From assembly GCF_006345805.1 (NCBI RefSeq), contig NC_043008.1, forward strand, positions 79,298,001-79,362,000: DNA of 64,000 nt. The letters run 5' to 3'. A model generated the notes under the pieces. The model searched no databases. It saw only the letters and a list, made by a program, of their open reading frames with translations, and was not told where the DNA came from. The number at the start of each line of letters is the position of its first letter. Positions within the stretch are counted from its first letter, which is position 1. Position numbers and translations under genes: made by a program. Source of the DNA: Octopus sinensis. Lineage: Eukaryota. This document shows, in pieces, positions 34,590-46,191 of the stretch.

Positions 34590-37500
34590 ATGTATAAGTA
34601 TCTATACCACGTTGCTATTTGTGCGGAAGCAAAACACATTTGAAAAGAAATGTCCAACCACTGCACAAGAGCAACAACAACAACCACTACCACAACCAAA
34701 ACACTCTGAAGAAAAAAGCACTACTACCCACACCACCATCAACACTGAAGACGACAAGAGAAGCACACCAAGCTAATCCATCAACAATCAAAAATAATAT
34801 AACACCTGAGAAAATACCAACACCACCAACAACAGCAAGAACAAAAGGAACAGAAAAACAAAAAATATATACAAAAACTGATTCCCCATCCCCTCACCAC
34901 ACTCACCTCACACAAACACTCAACAACCAGCAGCAACGAAAACAGCAACACAACCACTTACACAGACATACACAGAAGCCTACAACATACCCCTACCCCC
35001 TTCTGATTCCTCAGAAAATTCGCCGGAAGACGAAACCAGTGAGGAATGGCAAATAGCTAGAAAAGGAAGGAAAAAAAAGAGCAGAAACACAACCAAACCA
35101 AATGCAAACACAAACAAAGCAGGGGGAAATACATCTCCCGAAGACATTTCAAAACCCACCACAAACGACAGCCACACCAACACCACAAAAATATATACAG
35201 CAAACATGCTCACAGCTATAGACACCAAAAACACAAATTTGATGGAATACATCAAATCAAAAACAAACATAACAGAAGATGACATAAAAACAAACAATCA
35301 CCCATACACAACACCACCGGATCACATCAAAATACTACATATCTCCAGAAGTCTGCACCACACACTAAAAGGCATTTTCCCCAGTGCGATTGGTATATGC
35401 AAAAAATACCTCATGAAGAAACTTTACTGGGATCTCCTCGGGGACAAACCAAACACTTTCGAGCACTAAGTAACCCTCTGTTCCTTTCGCTTGTATTTTA
35501 ATTCACTAGGATTATGATCAAGATTGGTTGTGTAAATGCACGTGGCTTGGGGTCCCCTTGCCAAGAGACGCTATCTCCTTGATTACAGGCATGGGTGGGG
35601 CGCTGATCAATTTGGATCAATCGAAAGCTTTCAATAGGGAAGACCATCGATACTTGGAGGCTGTCCTCAGAGCGGCTGGTTTCGGTCCCGTCTTCCGCGG
35701 CTGGATAGCCGCTTTGTACAGAGGTATCTGCTCGGTAAATGGACATCTATTGAGACCTTCCGACATTGCACGTTCGGTCCGTCAGAGATGCCATCTCTCG
35801 TCGCTTCTCTACGTATTGACTCTCGAGCCATTATTGCGGAAGCTGGCAACTCTGAGAGGCATCCCGCGAGAATTGGGATGCGGGACGAGCGTGTCTGCAT
35901 ACGCAGACGACGTCACCGTCATAGTGTCTAACCACGAGCACATCGAGCTGGTCGGCGAGACACTGAAGGACTACGAAGCGGTGACAGGAATGAAAATCAA
36001 CCGGGAAAAATCAGTGGGCTTGCGACTCGGCACCTGGAGAAGCAAGCCCATGTCATCCACCAGTGCCTCTGTCATGGGACGCTGGACTGACGGACCGGTC
36101 GAGTTGCTCGGGGTCTGGTTTGGTCCGGACCTCCAAATGGAGAAAACTGGAACGAGATAACGAGTTGGGTGGTCACTCTCGCCCGGCAATGGGCCGAGAG
36201 GAAACTGTCCCTAAAAGGTCGGGCGGAGGTGGTGAACTCGTACATCGCGTCCGTCATCTACTACCGCCTGACCGTCGTGCCTTCTCTCGACCCTACCATC
36301 ACCAAACTAGAATGCATTCTCTTTCGCTTTTTGTGGAAAGGATGCGTCCCGATGGTCAGGCGATCTATTTACTGTCAACACCCGTTAAAAGAAGGACTGG
36401 GCATGCCGTGGTTGATGATGCGCAGACACGCGCCGAGACTGCGACATCTCAGGTTCTACGTAGACGACGGTGAACAGGTGTAGTCGCCGTTTGTGAGGCA
36501 CGCTTTCCCGCAACACGTCTCCATGACCGAACTGCAGTCGTGGATCAAAAAGAGGCCGAGGAAGGGCGAATGGCACCGTGAGTGTCGCGTTGCTCTCAAG
36601 CAACTATGCCGTCCCGGGTCGACCTTGAGTGACTTCAACACAACCCAAGCATTCTATAGGGGATTGGTGGAGGGGAGGTACGACGACGAGCCTGGGGCGA
36701 ACCTGGACGTCGACGAGGAATACCTGACCCGCCTGTTCAGGACGACTTTCGGGCCAGGGCCCATGGACAACTTCCAGAGATCCCTGGCCGGGCAGTGCTA
36801 CCAAGAAGCGCTACCCGTTCGGGATAAGCTCTACAGACACGGCTCGAGAAACACGGGGCCGCCCTGCCCGAGATGCGGTCAGAGCGACGAAACCGTTCTG
36901 CATGCACTCGTGCAGTGTCCAACAATTTCCGACCTGTGGGCTTATGTCGAACGACTTGTCACATGTGGGACGAGTCGGTTTACCAGCCGAGTATATTGTC
37001 AATATTGTCACGCCTCCTTCCTTCAAACGGGAAGGGAGAGCTATTTTCATCATCCTTGTGGCTATGGCGAAAGAATGTAATCTGGTGGATGCGTCTGAAA
37101 GGATTGGAGACAAACACTTTCCTCTCTGGTCAATCTATCATCAACTTTTTCAAGTATCACTTTGAAAGGAAAGTGAGAATAGAGAGGCAAGTTTTGTCTA
37201 GCGAATGTTTCAAAAAAAGATGAGTGAGTGTAGCAAGGATGGCATGTATGAATGACGAAGCCACTTTGAGCATAATCCTATGAACCCGGAAAATTTAAAA
37301 CAGAGGGTTACCTACTTGCAAACAAATGTGGTAACATGTAACATCATTGATCGAGGTTACTTTGGTCTTTTCCGTAGGCTTTTCTTCCCACGGATAAACC
37401 TTATCTGCTTCCCCCTTTACACCATGACACTGTGATACATGATCCCTATTGATCGTTTTTTCCCCTTTTTATCCCTTTTCTTTTTTTTTCTTCTTTCCCT

Positions 37501-37620
37501 TTCACGATCCCTTTTGATTGAAAACCTAACCCACCTTTTTTTTCCTCTCCCACAAAAAGAAAAGCTTTACTTTGTAATCTGTGTGCAGCCCTGTGTGGCT
37601 AATAAAGAAACATATCTATC
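34590..37620 (+). mobile_element. Tx1/L1-like LINE with a large internal deletion in ORF2
   Basis: ORF1 remnant with CYLCGSKTHLKRN(C) knuckle; ORF2 start MIKIGCVNARGLG at 35514 jumps to RT LDQSKAF..AYADDV; C-terminal CPRCGQSDETVLHALVQC; T-rich 3'UTR ending AATAAAGAAAC. Confidence 0.85.
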
Positions 37621-38196
37621 TAGCTAGCTATATATTTAAAGGATTAAAAACCCACTATGTGGTTAACCATATGTTAGAAGTAGATCACCTGCGATCAAAC
37701 TACAAAGAAAAGAATGTTCTCTAGAGAAAAATTCAGCGGACACCAGAACAATATGCAGGCAAGACAGATGAAAATTATATAAAAAAACAAAAATTAATCG
37801 CAGACCTAGGTTTCGCCTATTAACGAATGAATCACTTACGCAATCCCTCGTCAGTAGGGCTCGTCAGTACGATCGTTCCACAGGTAATATAATTTGTAAA
37901 AACTAACCACCAGTTTTCCGTATAAAAACAGACACGTGCTTAGTTTCACCGATTACCTTGGGGTTAATTTCAAATGTCTGAGTTCTGGCACGCTAAAATT
38001 CCGGAAACAAAATCTGCAGTAAATAATTTACTGCAGTTAATGCTGCCTATTAGAGAACATATTTATTTTAACATTTAAATAATGAGGGAGATAAATTGAA
38101 TATTAATTTAATTAATATCAATTTAAAACCAGTAGCCTAGCATACAAAAATCTGAAGAATCAGAGAAAATTCTAATACATGTGTATATTTATATAT

Positions 38197-38924
38197 ATAA
38201 AACTTACTTGGAAATGGATGTGTGGCGTTCGATCATATAATAACATAAATAATATATAAACATATGCATATATACATACATATATGTACATACCTACATC
38301 TATATGTATATATACATGCATATATGGGTACAGGACACAAAAAAAACGTTGAACATAATGAGAAACGAAAACATAAAAACAAAAATCATGGAAACGAACT
38401 TTTTTTCAAACAACGAAATAACAGAGTACAAGACATACAACACAAGGAATATTCCCCTTCTTCAGTTGTCCCTGTTTCGTCTACTCAGGACAAGGAGAAT
38501 AACACAGTAAAAACAAACGATGAGGGTTGTTAAGCCAAGACGATTGAAAAATTATTTTGAACGCATTGAGGAGACAGCTTGACTCATTGAAGATAGCAGT
38601 CGGAAAGATAGCTTCCCTCTGGTCACATGTCAGTGACGAGAGGGAGGAGGAGTAAGAGAGAGGGAACGGTGAAAGGGAGAGGATAAGAATAGGGAAGGGT
38701 GGGAGAGAAAACCAGAAAGGATGAAGAACAAGAGAGGGAGAGAGACAGACAGAGGAGAATTAGTAAAAGTTAAGAGTGCGCATCATAATTATTAAGATAA
38801 AACTTACTTGGAAATGGATGTGTGGTGTTCGATCATTTAATAACAAAAATAATATATAAACATATGCATATATACATATATGTACATACCTACATCTATA
38901 TGCATATATGGGTACAGGACACAA
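38197..38924. repeat. Direct repeats of about 130-145 bp, 600 bp apart (38197-38340, 38797-38924)
   Basis: AAAACTTACTTGGAAATGGATGTGTGG..GGGTACAGGACACAA occurs twice. Confidence 0.85.
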
Positions 38925-38964
38925 TATATATATATGTGTGTGTGTGTGTATATATATATATATT

Positions 38965-39185
38965 TGCGTGGGGGGTGTCTGTATTTGTTCCCACTACCAC
39001 TGCTTGACAACCAGTGTTGGTATGTTTGTCTGTAACATAGCAGTTCAGCCTAAGGGATCAATAGAGTAAGTGTTACGCTTAAAAAATAAAGTACTGGGAT
39101 TGATTCCTTCAACTAAAAATTCTTCAAGGTAATGCCCCAGCATGGCTACAGTCTAATGACTGAAACAAATAAAATACAGAAGATA
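38965..39185 (+). mobile_element. SINE 3' portion
   Basis: Ends ATGCCCCAGCATGGCTACAGTCTAATGACTGAAACAAATAAAA. Confidence 0.75.
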
Positions 39186-39230
39186 ATATATATATATATA
39201 ATATATATATATATATTATATATATATATA

Positions 39231-39661
39231 TATTGTTATATTTCGGAATGGTCATATTGCCAGTTTAGCCAATAAAAACACACGCACTATATATTTGGTG
39301 TTATTTTGCTTCAGTGATATTTATTTTTTACATTAATCTTAATCTTATTTCGGCCAAAGTTCTTTCGTCACACTCCTGTGGCCGCATCAGTGGTCCTTTG
39401 TTTTCTTCTCACTTACTTGTGTCTCTCCTTACTAACCGTCAGAAAATGGCTGACGGTTAGTAAGGAGAGACACAAGTAAGTGAGAAGAAAACAAAGGACC
39501 ACTGATGCGGTCACAGGAGTGTGACGAAAGAACTTTGGCCGAAATAAGATTAAGATTAATGTAAAAAATAAATATCACTGAAGCAAAATAACACCAAATA
39601 TATAGTGCGTGTGTTTTTATTGGCTAAACTGGCAATATGACCATTCCGAAATATAACAATA
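39231..39661. repeat. Near-perfect palindrome: 212-bp arms, 7-nt loop
   Basis: 39231-39442 is the reverse complement of 39450-39661 with one mismatch seen; loop AAAATGG. Confidence 0.95.
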
Positions 39662-39725
39662 TCTGTTTCAACACACGACTTCACATAAAAAAATATAAAA
39701 AATCTTGCACAACAAATATTTAAAC

Positions 39726-39811
<86 letters not shown>

Positions 39812-40139
39812 TATGATTTAGAACAAACAGTAAGTTGTCAGAGTTTCAAATGTCAGAGTTTCAAATGCATTCATGTTGGCTATTAATGGTGGTGGGTGAG
39901 GCTGGAATGGATTAATTATATTTTGATTAATCTCAATGGTAAAAATTGTTTTGTAAAACAAGTAGATCGTAAAACGATCTTGGTCATGGAATGAATTAAA
40001 CTTGTACTGTGAGGTATCACTATTATTACCTCCTGCCATTAATAGTCGACGAGAACGCATCATAGCTCTGAGTGCTATAACGACGACTTACTGTTTCTTA
40101 TTTACATTCTTTTGTTGTTACTTTTTATTATTATATCAG

Positions 40140-40605
40140 AATCTGAATCAAATCAAAATCAAAATGGAAATGGTAGTTGTGGCTGATGCCAGTACCGCCT
40201 GACCGGTTCCCATACTGGTGGCATGCAATAAGCACCATTTATGCATGGGTCATTGGCAGTACCACCTGACTGGCTCCCTGTGCTGGGGGCACATAAAAAG
40301 CACCATCTGAACATGATTGATGCCAGCCCCCCACTCCGACTGGCTCCTGTGCCGGTAGCATGTAAAAAGCCCCATCCAAACGTGGCTGATGCCAGTGCCA
40401 CATCACTGGCTCCAGTGGCATGTAAAAAGCATCCACTACACTCTTGGAGAGGTTGGCGTTAGGAAGAGCATCCAGCTGTAGAAACCTTGCTATATCAGAT
40501 TGGAGCCTGATGCAGCCTCTGGGCTTGCTAGTCCCCAGTCAAACCATCCAACTCATGCCAGCATGGAAAACGGACGTTACACAATAATGATGATGATGAT
40601 GATGA
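40140..40605 (+). mobile_element. Diverged RTE 3'UTR copy with (GAT)n tail
   Basis: AATCAAAATC, four degenerate hairpin units, GGAAAACGGACGTTA..GATGATGAT. Confidence 0.8.
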
Positions 40606-40954
40606 TATATGTATTCTCTGCATAATTTTCATGTTTTATACATTGTTTTATGTACACGTTTATCCCACCTTTTGTGTATAATATTTATAATCATTAACTG
40701 TATCTTTGTGTTTGTGCCTTGTTTCTTTATATCTATTCAATTTACATTAATTCATACTCTTTCTGTTTTGCCTTGTCCTTTTGTGTACCAGTTTATCTCC
40801 ATATTCTATTTACTATCAACCATATCTACCCACCCCTTTCCTTCAAGTTATAAAAATGATGCATGAAGTTTATGTTCATGTATGCTACATTTGTTTTTAT
40901 CTCACTCTCACTCACTGGTTTTCTTCCTCTCTCTTTTCTTTCTCTCTCATTCAT

Positions 40955-43900
40955 CATCATCATCATCATCATCATTTAACGTCCGCTTTCCATGCTAGCA
41001 TGGGTTGGACGGTTCAACTGGGGTCTGGGGAGCCCAAAGGCTGCACCAGGCCAGTCAGATCTGGCAGTGTTTCTACAGCTGGATGCCCTTCCTAACGCCA
41101 ACCACTCCGAGAGTGTAGTGGGTGATTTTATGTGCCACCGACACAGGTGCCAGACGAGGCTGGCGAACGGCCACGCTCGGATGGTGTTTTTTATGTGCCA
41201 CCGACACAGGTGCCAGACGAGGCTGGCAGACGGCCACGCTCGGATGGTGTTTTTATGTGCCACCGACACAGGTGCCAGATGAGGCTGGCGAACGGCCACG
41301 ATCGGATGGTGTTTGTTACGTGCCCACAGCACAGAGGCCAGTCGATGCGGTACTGGCTACAGCCACGTTCGGATGGTTTTCTTGTGTGCCACCGGCACTG
41401 GTACCACAGAGATACAAATTCCATTGATGTTCATCTATTTTGATTTGTTTTGATTTGATTTGATTTGATTTGATTTTCACTTGCCTCAACAGGTCTTCAC
41501 AAGTGTCACAAGAAGGAAGGTATGCACAGGTGGACTGACTACGTCCCAGGTAGGGGCCACGGGTTATGGCCTGACTAGTCTTGCCGGGTCTTTGGATGGT
41601 GTTTTCATGTGCCACCGACACAGGTGCCAGATGAGGCTGGCGAACGGCCACGATCGGATGGTGTTTGTTATGTGCCCACAGCATGATGGCCAGTCGATGC
41701 GGTACTGGCTACGGCCACGTTCGGATGGTTTTCTTGTGTGCCACCGGCACTGGTACCACAAAGATACAAATTCCATTGATGTTCATCTATTTTGATTTGT
41801 TTTGATTTGATTTGATTTGATTTTGATTTTCACTTGCCTCAACAGGTCTTCACAAGTGTCACAAGAAGGAAGGTATGCACAGGTGGACTGACTACGTCCC
41901 AGGTAGGGGCCACGGGTTATGGCCTGACTAGTCTTGCCGGGTCTTCGGATGGTGTTTTTATGTGCCACTGACACAGGTGCCAGATGAGGCTGGCGAACGG
42001 CCACGATCGGATGGTATTTGTTACTTGCCCACAGCACGGAGGCCAGTCGATGCGGTACTGGCTATGGCCACGTTCGGATGGTTTTCTTGTGTGCCACCGG
42101 CACTGGTACCACAAAGATACAAATTCCATTGATGTTCATCTATTTTGATTTGTTTTGATTTTCACTTGCCTCAGCAGGTCTACACAAGTGTCACAAGAAG
42201 GAAGGTATGCACAGGTGGACTGACTACCTGCTAGGGTGTAGCACTTTTGCACACAACTATCTTCAGCCATTCTCGTCACATGACCATACCAGCGCAAACG
42301 TCTCTCTTGCACACCACAACTGACGCTTCTTAGGTTCAACTTTTCTCTCAAGGTACTTACACTCTGACGATTATGAACACTGACTTTACACATCCATCGG
42401 AGCATACCGGCTTCATTTCTTGCGAGCTTACGCATATCCTCAGCAGTCACGGCCCATGTTTCACTACCATGTAGCATGGCTGTACGTACACATGCATCAT
42501 ACAGTCTGCCTTTTACTCTGAGCGAGAGGCCTTTTGTCACCAGCAGGGGTAAGAGCTCTCTAAACTTTGCCCAGGCTATTCTTACTCTAGCAGTTACACC
42601 ACCACCCCGCTACTGACTTGGTCTCCTAGGTAGCGGAAGCTATCAACTACTTCTAGTTTGTCTCCCTGGAACTTGGTAGAAGTTGGTCTCTGCACATTTC
42701 CAGTGTTTATTGCTCCTGAGCATCTGCCACAGACAAAAACTATTTTCCTAGTTAGCCTTCCTTTGACATTGCTGCACCTCTTATGTGTCCATAGCTTACA
42801 CTTGGTGCACCTTATAGAGTTTCTACATACACCTTTTTTACAGATCGAGCAGGGCCATCTACCTGAAGTCGTTTGTGATTGGTCCACCTTCCTACTTATT
42901 AGGACTTTGGTTTTGGCTAGGTTGATTCTAAGGCCCTTCGATTCTAATCCTTGTCTCCACACCTGAAACTTCTCCAGTTCTGATAGTGACTCAGCAATTA
43001 GAGCAAGGTCATCAGCATAGAGGAGCTTCCAGGGGCATCCTATCTTGAATTCCTCCGTTATTGCCTGGATGACTATGATAAATAGGAGAGGACTGAGGAC
43101 TGAACCTTGGTGGACCCCAACCTCTACCCGGAAATCTTCACTGTACTCGTTGCCAACCCTCACCTTACTAGCAGCGTCTCTGTACATGGCTCTCACTAAC
43201 CATTCATCTATCCCTAGTTTCCTCATTGACCACCAGATAAGGGATCGGGGGACCCTGTCAAAGGCTTTCTCCAAGTCAACAAAAGCCAGGTACAAGGGCT
43301 TATCTTTGGCTAGGTATTTCTCCTGCAGCTGTCTTACCAGGAATATAGCATCAGTAGTACTTTTCCCTGGCACGAACCCAAACTGCATATCATCTAAACT
43401 AACTCTCTCTCTAATTAATTGGGCTATAACCCTCTCCGTAACCTTCATTACCTGATCCAGCAGCTTGATGCCCCTGTAGTTATTTGTATCTAGGGCGTCG
43501 CCTTTACCTTTGTAGCAGTTGACTATTATGCTGCTACACCAGTCATTGGGTATGACTCCTTCGTGTATCACCTGGTTAACTATACGGGTGAATAAGCTAT
43601 AGCCGACACTACCAGATATTTTGAGCATCTCTGCAGTAATTCCTGATGGGCCTGGGGCTTTCCCTGTTTCCATGCTTCTAATTGCCTTATCTACTAAGGA
43701 ACTGTTAACTCGGATTGCTGGTCCCTCTGTTGGGTCGACATTCGGCAGACTCTCTTTATCCCATTCATTTTCTTCATTCAGCAACCTTTCATAGTGGCGT
43801 CTCCAAGCCTCTCTCTTTGCATCCTCATTTAGCGCAAGTGAACCGTCATCCTTGCGAACACATTTCTCTCCTACCACGTCACGATTCTCTCTCACACACT

Positions 43901-45370
43901 GTCTTGCAACACGAAATACCTCAAGTCTTTCATCCTCACGGCGCAGGACATTGGCAAATTTTTCCTTATCTGCCTCCCCTCTGGCTAGATAGACCTGTCT
44001 CCTAGCTTCCCTTCTGGCAGTTTGATACACTTCCCTGCTACCACCGTTCTTCCAGGCCTTCCAAGCCTGTTTCTTTTGTCTAATTGTCCTGTCAACAATA
44101 TTGTTCCACCACCAAGTTATTTTGGGTCTTAAGGGGACTTTGCACCAGCCACAGATCTGGTCAGTGGCTTTCAGCAGGTTGTCCCTCAGAAGCGTCCAGT
44201 TGTCTTCTACCCCATGCATAGCTATACCCCCTTCGTCAAAGGCTTCAAGTAATATATCTCTAAATCTCTGTCCATTCGCAGGGTCTTTAAGCTTCCAGAC
44301 CCTTCTTCTCCATGTTGGTCGTCTTCTAGTCGCCCTCTTAGTCCTGATCCTAAAGTCACTAACTACCAGTCTATGTTGTGGGGTGCATTCTTCGCCTGGG
44401 AAGGTTTTGGCATTTATAAGCAGCCATCTTTCCCTTTTTCTGGCAAGGATGTAGTCAATTTGGCTAGTATGCCGGCCCGATCGGTAGGTGACCAGGTGGC
44501 TTGTCGGTTTCCTGAAGTTAGTGTTGCAAACCATAAGACTATTCGCATCGCAGAACTCCAGCAGCCTGGTTCCCACCTCGTTGCGGGAACCATAACCATA
44601 GCCTCCATGTACGCCATGGAAGCCCCCAGCATGTCGTCCAACATGCCCATTGAAATCACCAGCCACAAAGAGAAGGTCCCTGTCGTTCGTCAATGGGGTG
44701 GTCTGCAGTAGGGTGTCATAGAAACTGTCTTTCTGTCCATCGGGTAGCCCTGGCTGAGGGGCGTAGGCCGATATAATGGTTGCTAATCTATTATGAAGCA
44801 CTATTCTAATCTTAAGTATTCTGTCACTTACTCTGATTACCTCAATTACTCTATCTACCCATTTCTCAGCGATAAGTATACCCACGCCACCGACCCCGTC
44901 AGTGTTCCCTGCCCAGAAAATCTTGTACCTCTGTTCCTTGCCTGTGAGGAACCTAGCAGATCCTCCTCTCCACCTTATTTCTTGCATGCAACATACATCA
45001 ACCCATCTCCGTTCAAGCATCTCAACTATCTCGCCAGATCTACCTTTCAGTGTGCCAACGTTGAGGGTGCCCACCCTGAGGGAGTGGAAGGTATGGGCCC
45101 GAGAGGCCCAGGGACGGGGAGCAGTGGCGTCATGTACCTGAAAAGAAGAAAGCTCGCATTTGGCAGAATTCATAAGCAAAGCAATGGTCTTAAGTTCGAC
45201 CTGTTACACTACACTATCATGTTTTGCGCCGTATTTTCACCACCTTATATAGAAGGGGTGGTATTGGCTTAAGGCCATTAGGTGTTCATGGAAGAAAAGC
45301 AAAGGAAGACAAGCTGAGATAAGGACTTCCGGTACAGGTGGAGGGGCGGGAGGGCGGGGCACCGCTCACT

Positions 45371-45400
<30 letters not shown>
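40955..45400 (-). mobile_element. Near full-length RTE LINE with long 3'UTR (internal triplication) and (GAT)n tail
   Basis: 861-codon ORF 42594..45179 plus 42136..42540; 3'UTR continuity shown by the colinear copy at 49905-50585. The 5' boundary is uncertain and no TSD was identified. Confidence 0.9.
42594..45179 (-). CDS. RTE polyprotein: APE endonuclease, RT and PHD-type finger; frameshifted at about 42600
   Basis: TLNVGTL, MQEIRW, AGDFNGHVG, SQIDYIL, QHRLVV; NYRGIKLL, FVDLEKAFDRV, GVHQGSVLSP, YADD; C4HC3 motif. Confidence 0.9.
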   Translation of the reverse strand: MLMNSAKCELSSFQVHDATAPRPWASRAHTFHSLRVGTLNVGTLKGRSGEIVEMLERRWVDVCCMQEIRWRGGSARFLTGKEQRYKIFWAGNTDGVGGVGILIAEKWVDRVIEVIRVSDRILKIRIVLHNRLATIISAYAPQPGLPDGQKDSFYDTLLQTTPLTNDRDLLFVAGDFNGHVGRHAGGFHGVHGGYGYGSRNEVGTRLLEFCDANSLMVCNTNFRKPTSHLVTYRSGRHTSQIDYILARKRERWLLINAKTFPGEECTPQHRLVVSDFRIRTKRATRRRPTWRRRVWKLKDPANGQRFRDILLEAFDEGGIAMHGVEDNWTLLRDNLLKATDQICGWCKVPLRPKITWWWNNIVDRTIRQKKQAWKAWKNGGSREVYQTARREARRQVYLARGEADKEKFANVLRREDERLEVFRVARQCVRENRDVVGEKCVRKDDGSLALNEDAKREAWRRHYERLLNEENEWDKESLPNVDPTEGPAIRVNSSLVDKAIRSMETGKAPGPSGITAEMLKISGSVGYSLFTRIVNQVIHEGVIPNDWCSSIIVNCYKGKGDALDTNNYRGIKLLDQVMKVTERVIAQLIRERVSLDDMQFGFVPGKSTTDAIFLVRQLQEKYLAKDKPLYLAFVDLEKAFDRVPRSLIWWSMRKLGIDEWLVRAMYRDAASKVRVGNEYSEDFRVEVGVHQGSVLSPLLFIIVIQAITEEFKIGCPWKLLYADDLALIAESLSELEKFQVWRQGLESKGLRINLAKTKVLISRKVDQSQTTSGRWPCSICKKGVCRNSIRCTKCKLWTHKRCSNVKGRLTRKIVFVCGRCSGAINTGNVQRPTSTKFQGDKLEVVDSFRYLGDQVSSGVVV

Positions 45401-45408
<8 letters not shown>

Positions 45409-45849
45409 CATAGTGATAACAGAGGGAGAAAACGCCACCGCTCACTGGGAAGGATGAGATTTGGCGGCAGAAAGACAAGATTTGAGACGAAATGCTTTGC
45501 GGTCGTGTGAATAAGTTTCTATGAGTGAAAGTTGGGAAAGATGGGGTAGAGATTAAGCGACAGAAAGACCAGATTTGAGACGAAATGTTTTGCGGTCATG
45601 TGAATAAGTTTCTGTCATGGTTTATTATTATTCCTATGTGTTTTTCTTCCTTCAACGTTGTTTCCATTTCTTGTTGAGTGTCTTCCCAACACCTAGGGTA
45701 AAAAAACTCACTGATAAGCCACTAAAATAAACACATTAGATCGATCATTTACAAAATCAAATAAAGTTATGTAAACATAAAATATGTTGATGCTTCTTGA
45801 CATTAACCAGTCAGTAAATCATCCAGTAGCTCTGGATTTTTTGCACTTC

Positions 45850-46148
45850 ATGCAAGGACTATGAGTCAGGAATCATTCTCAAATAATTTGCAGTTTCTTT
45901 TTTGATTATTTCTAATGGTCTTACAATTGCTGGTATTATAGCCATCTTGAAATACCATGTTTTCTCAATTTCATTGAACAAATCTTTATATTTTCTGAGC
46001 CTCTTGGTCTTTAAGTAGTTATGTTTGCAGTGGGACTGGCTGTGTAGTTCCATGTTGAGTAATATCTCTTCTCCCTTGTTGGCTATTCATGATTGGAATT
46101 CACTAGCATTCTCTATTCAATCATTATTATTTTTTTTATCATTATCAC

Positions 46149-46191
<43 letters not shown>

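Noticed and set aside
39500-39560. Functional hammerhead ribozyme
   Set aside because: The core reads CTGATGC rather than CUGANGA, and I could not form stems I and III.
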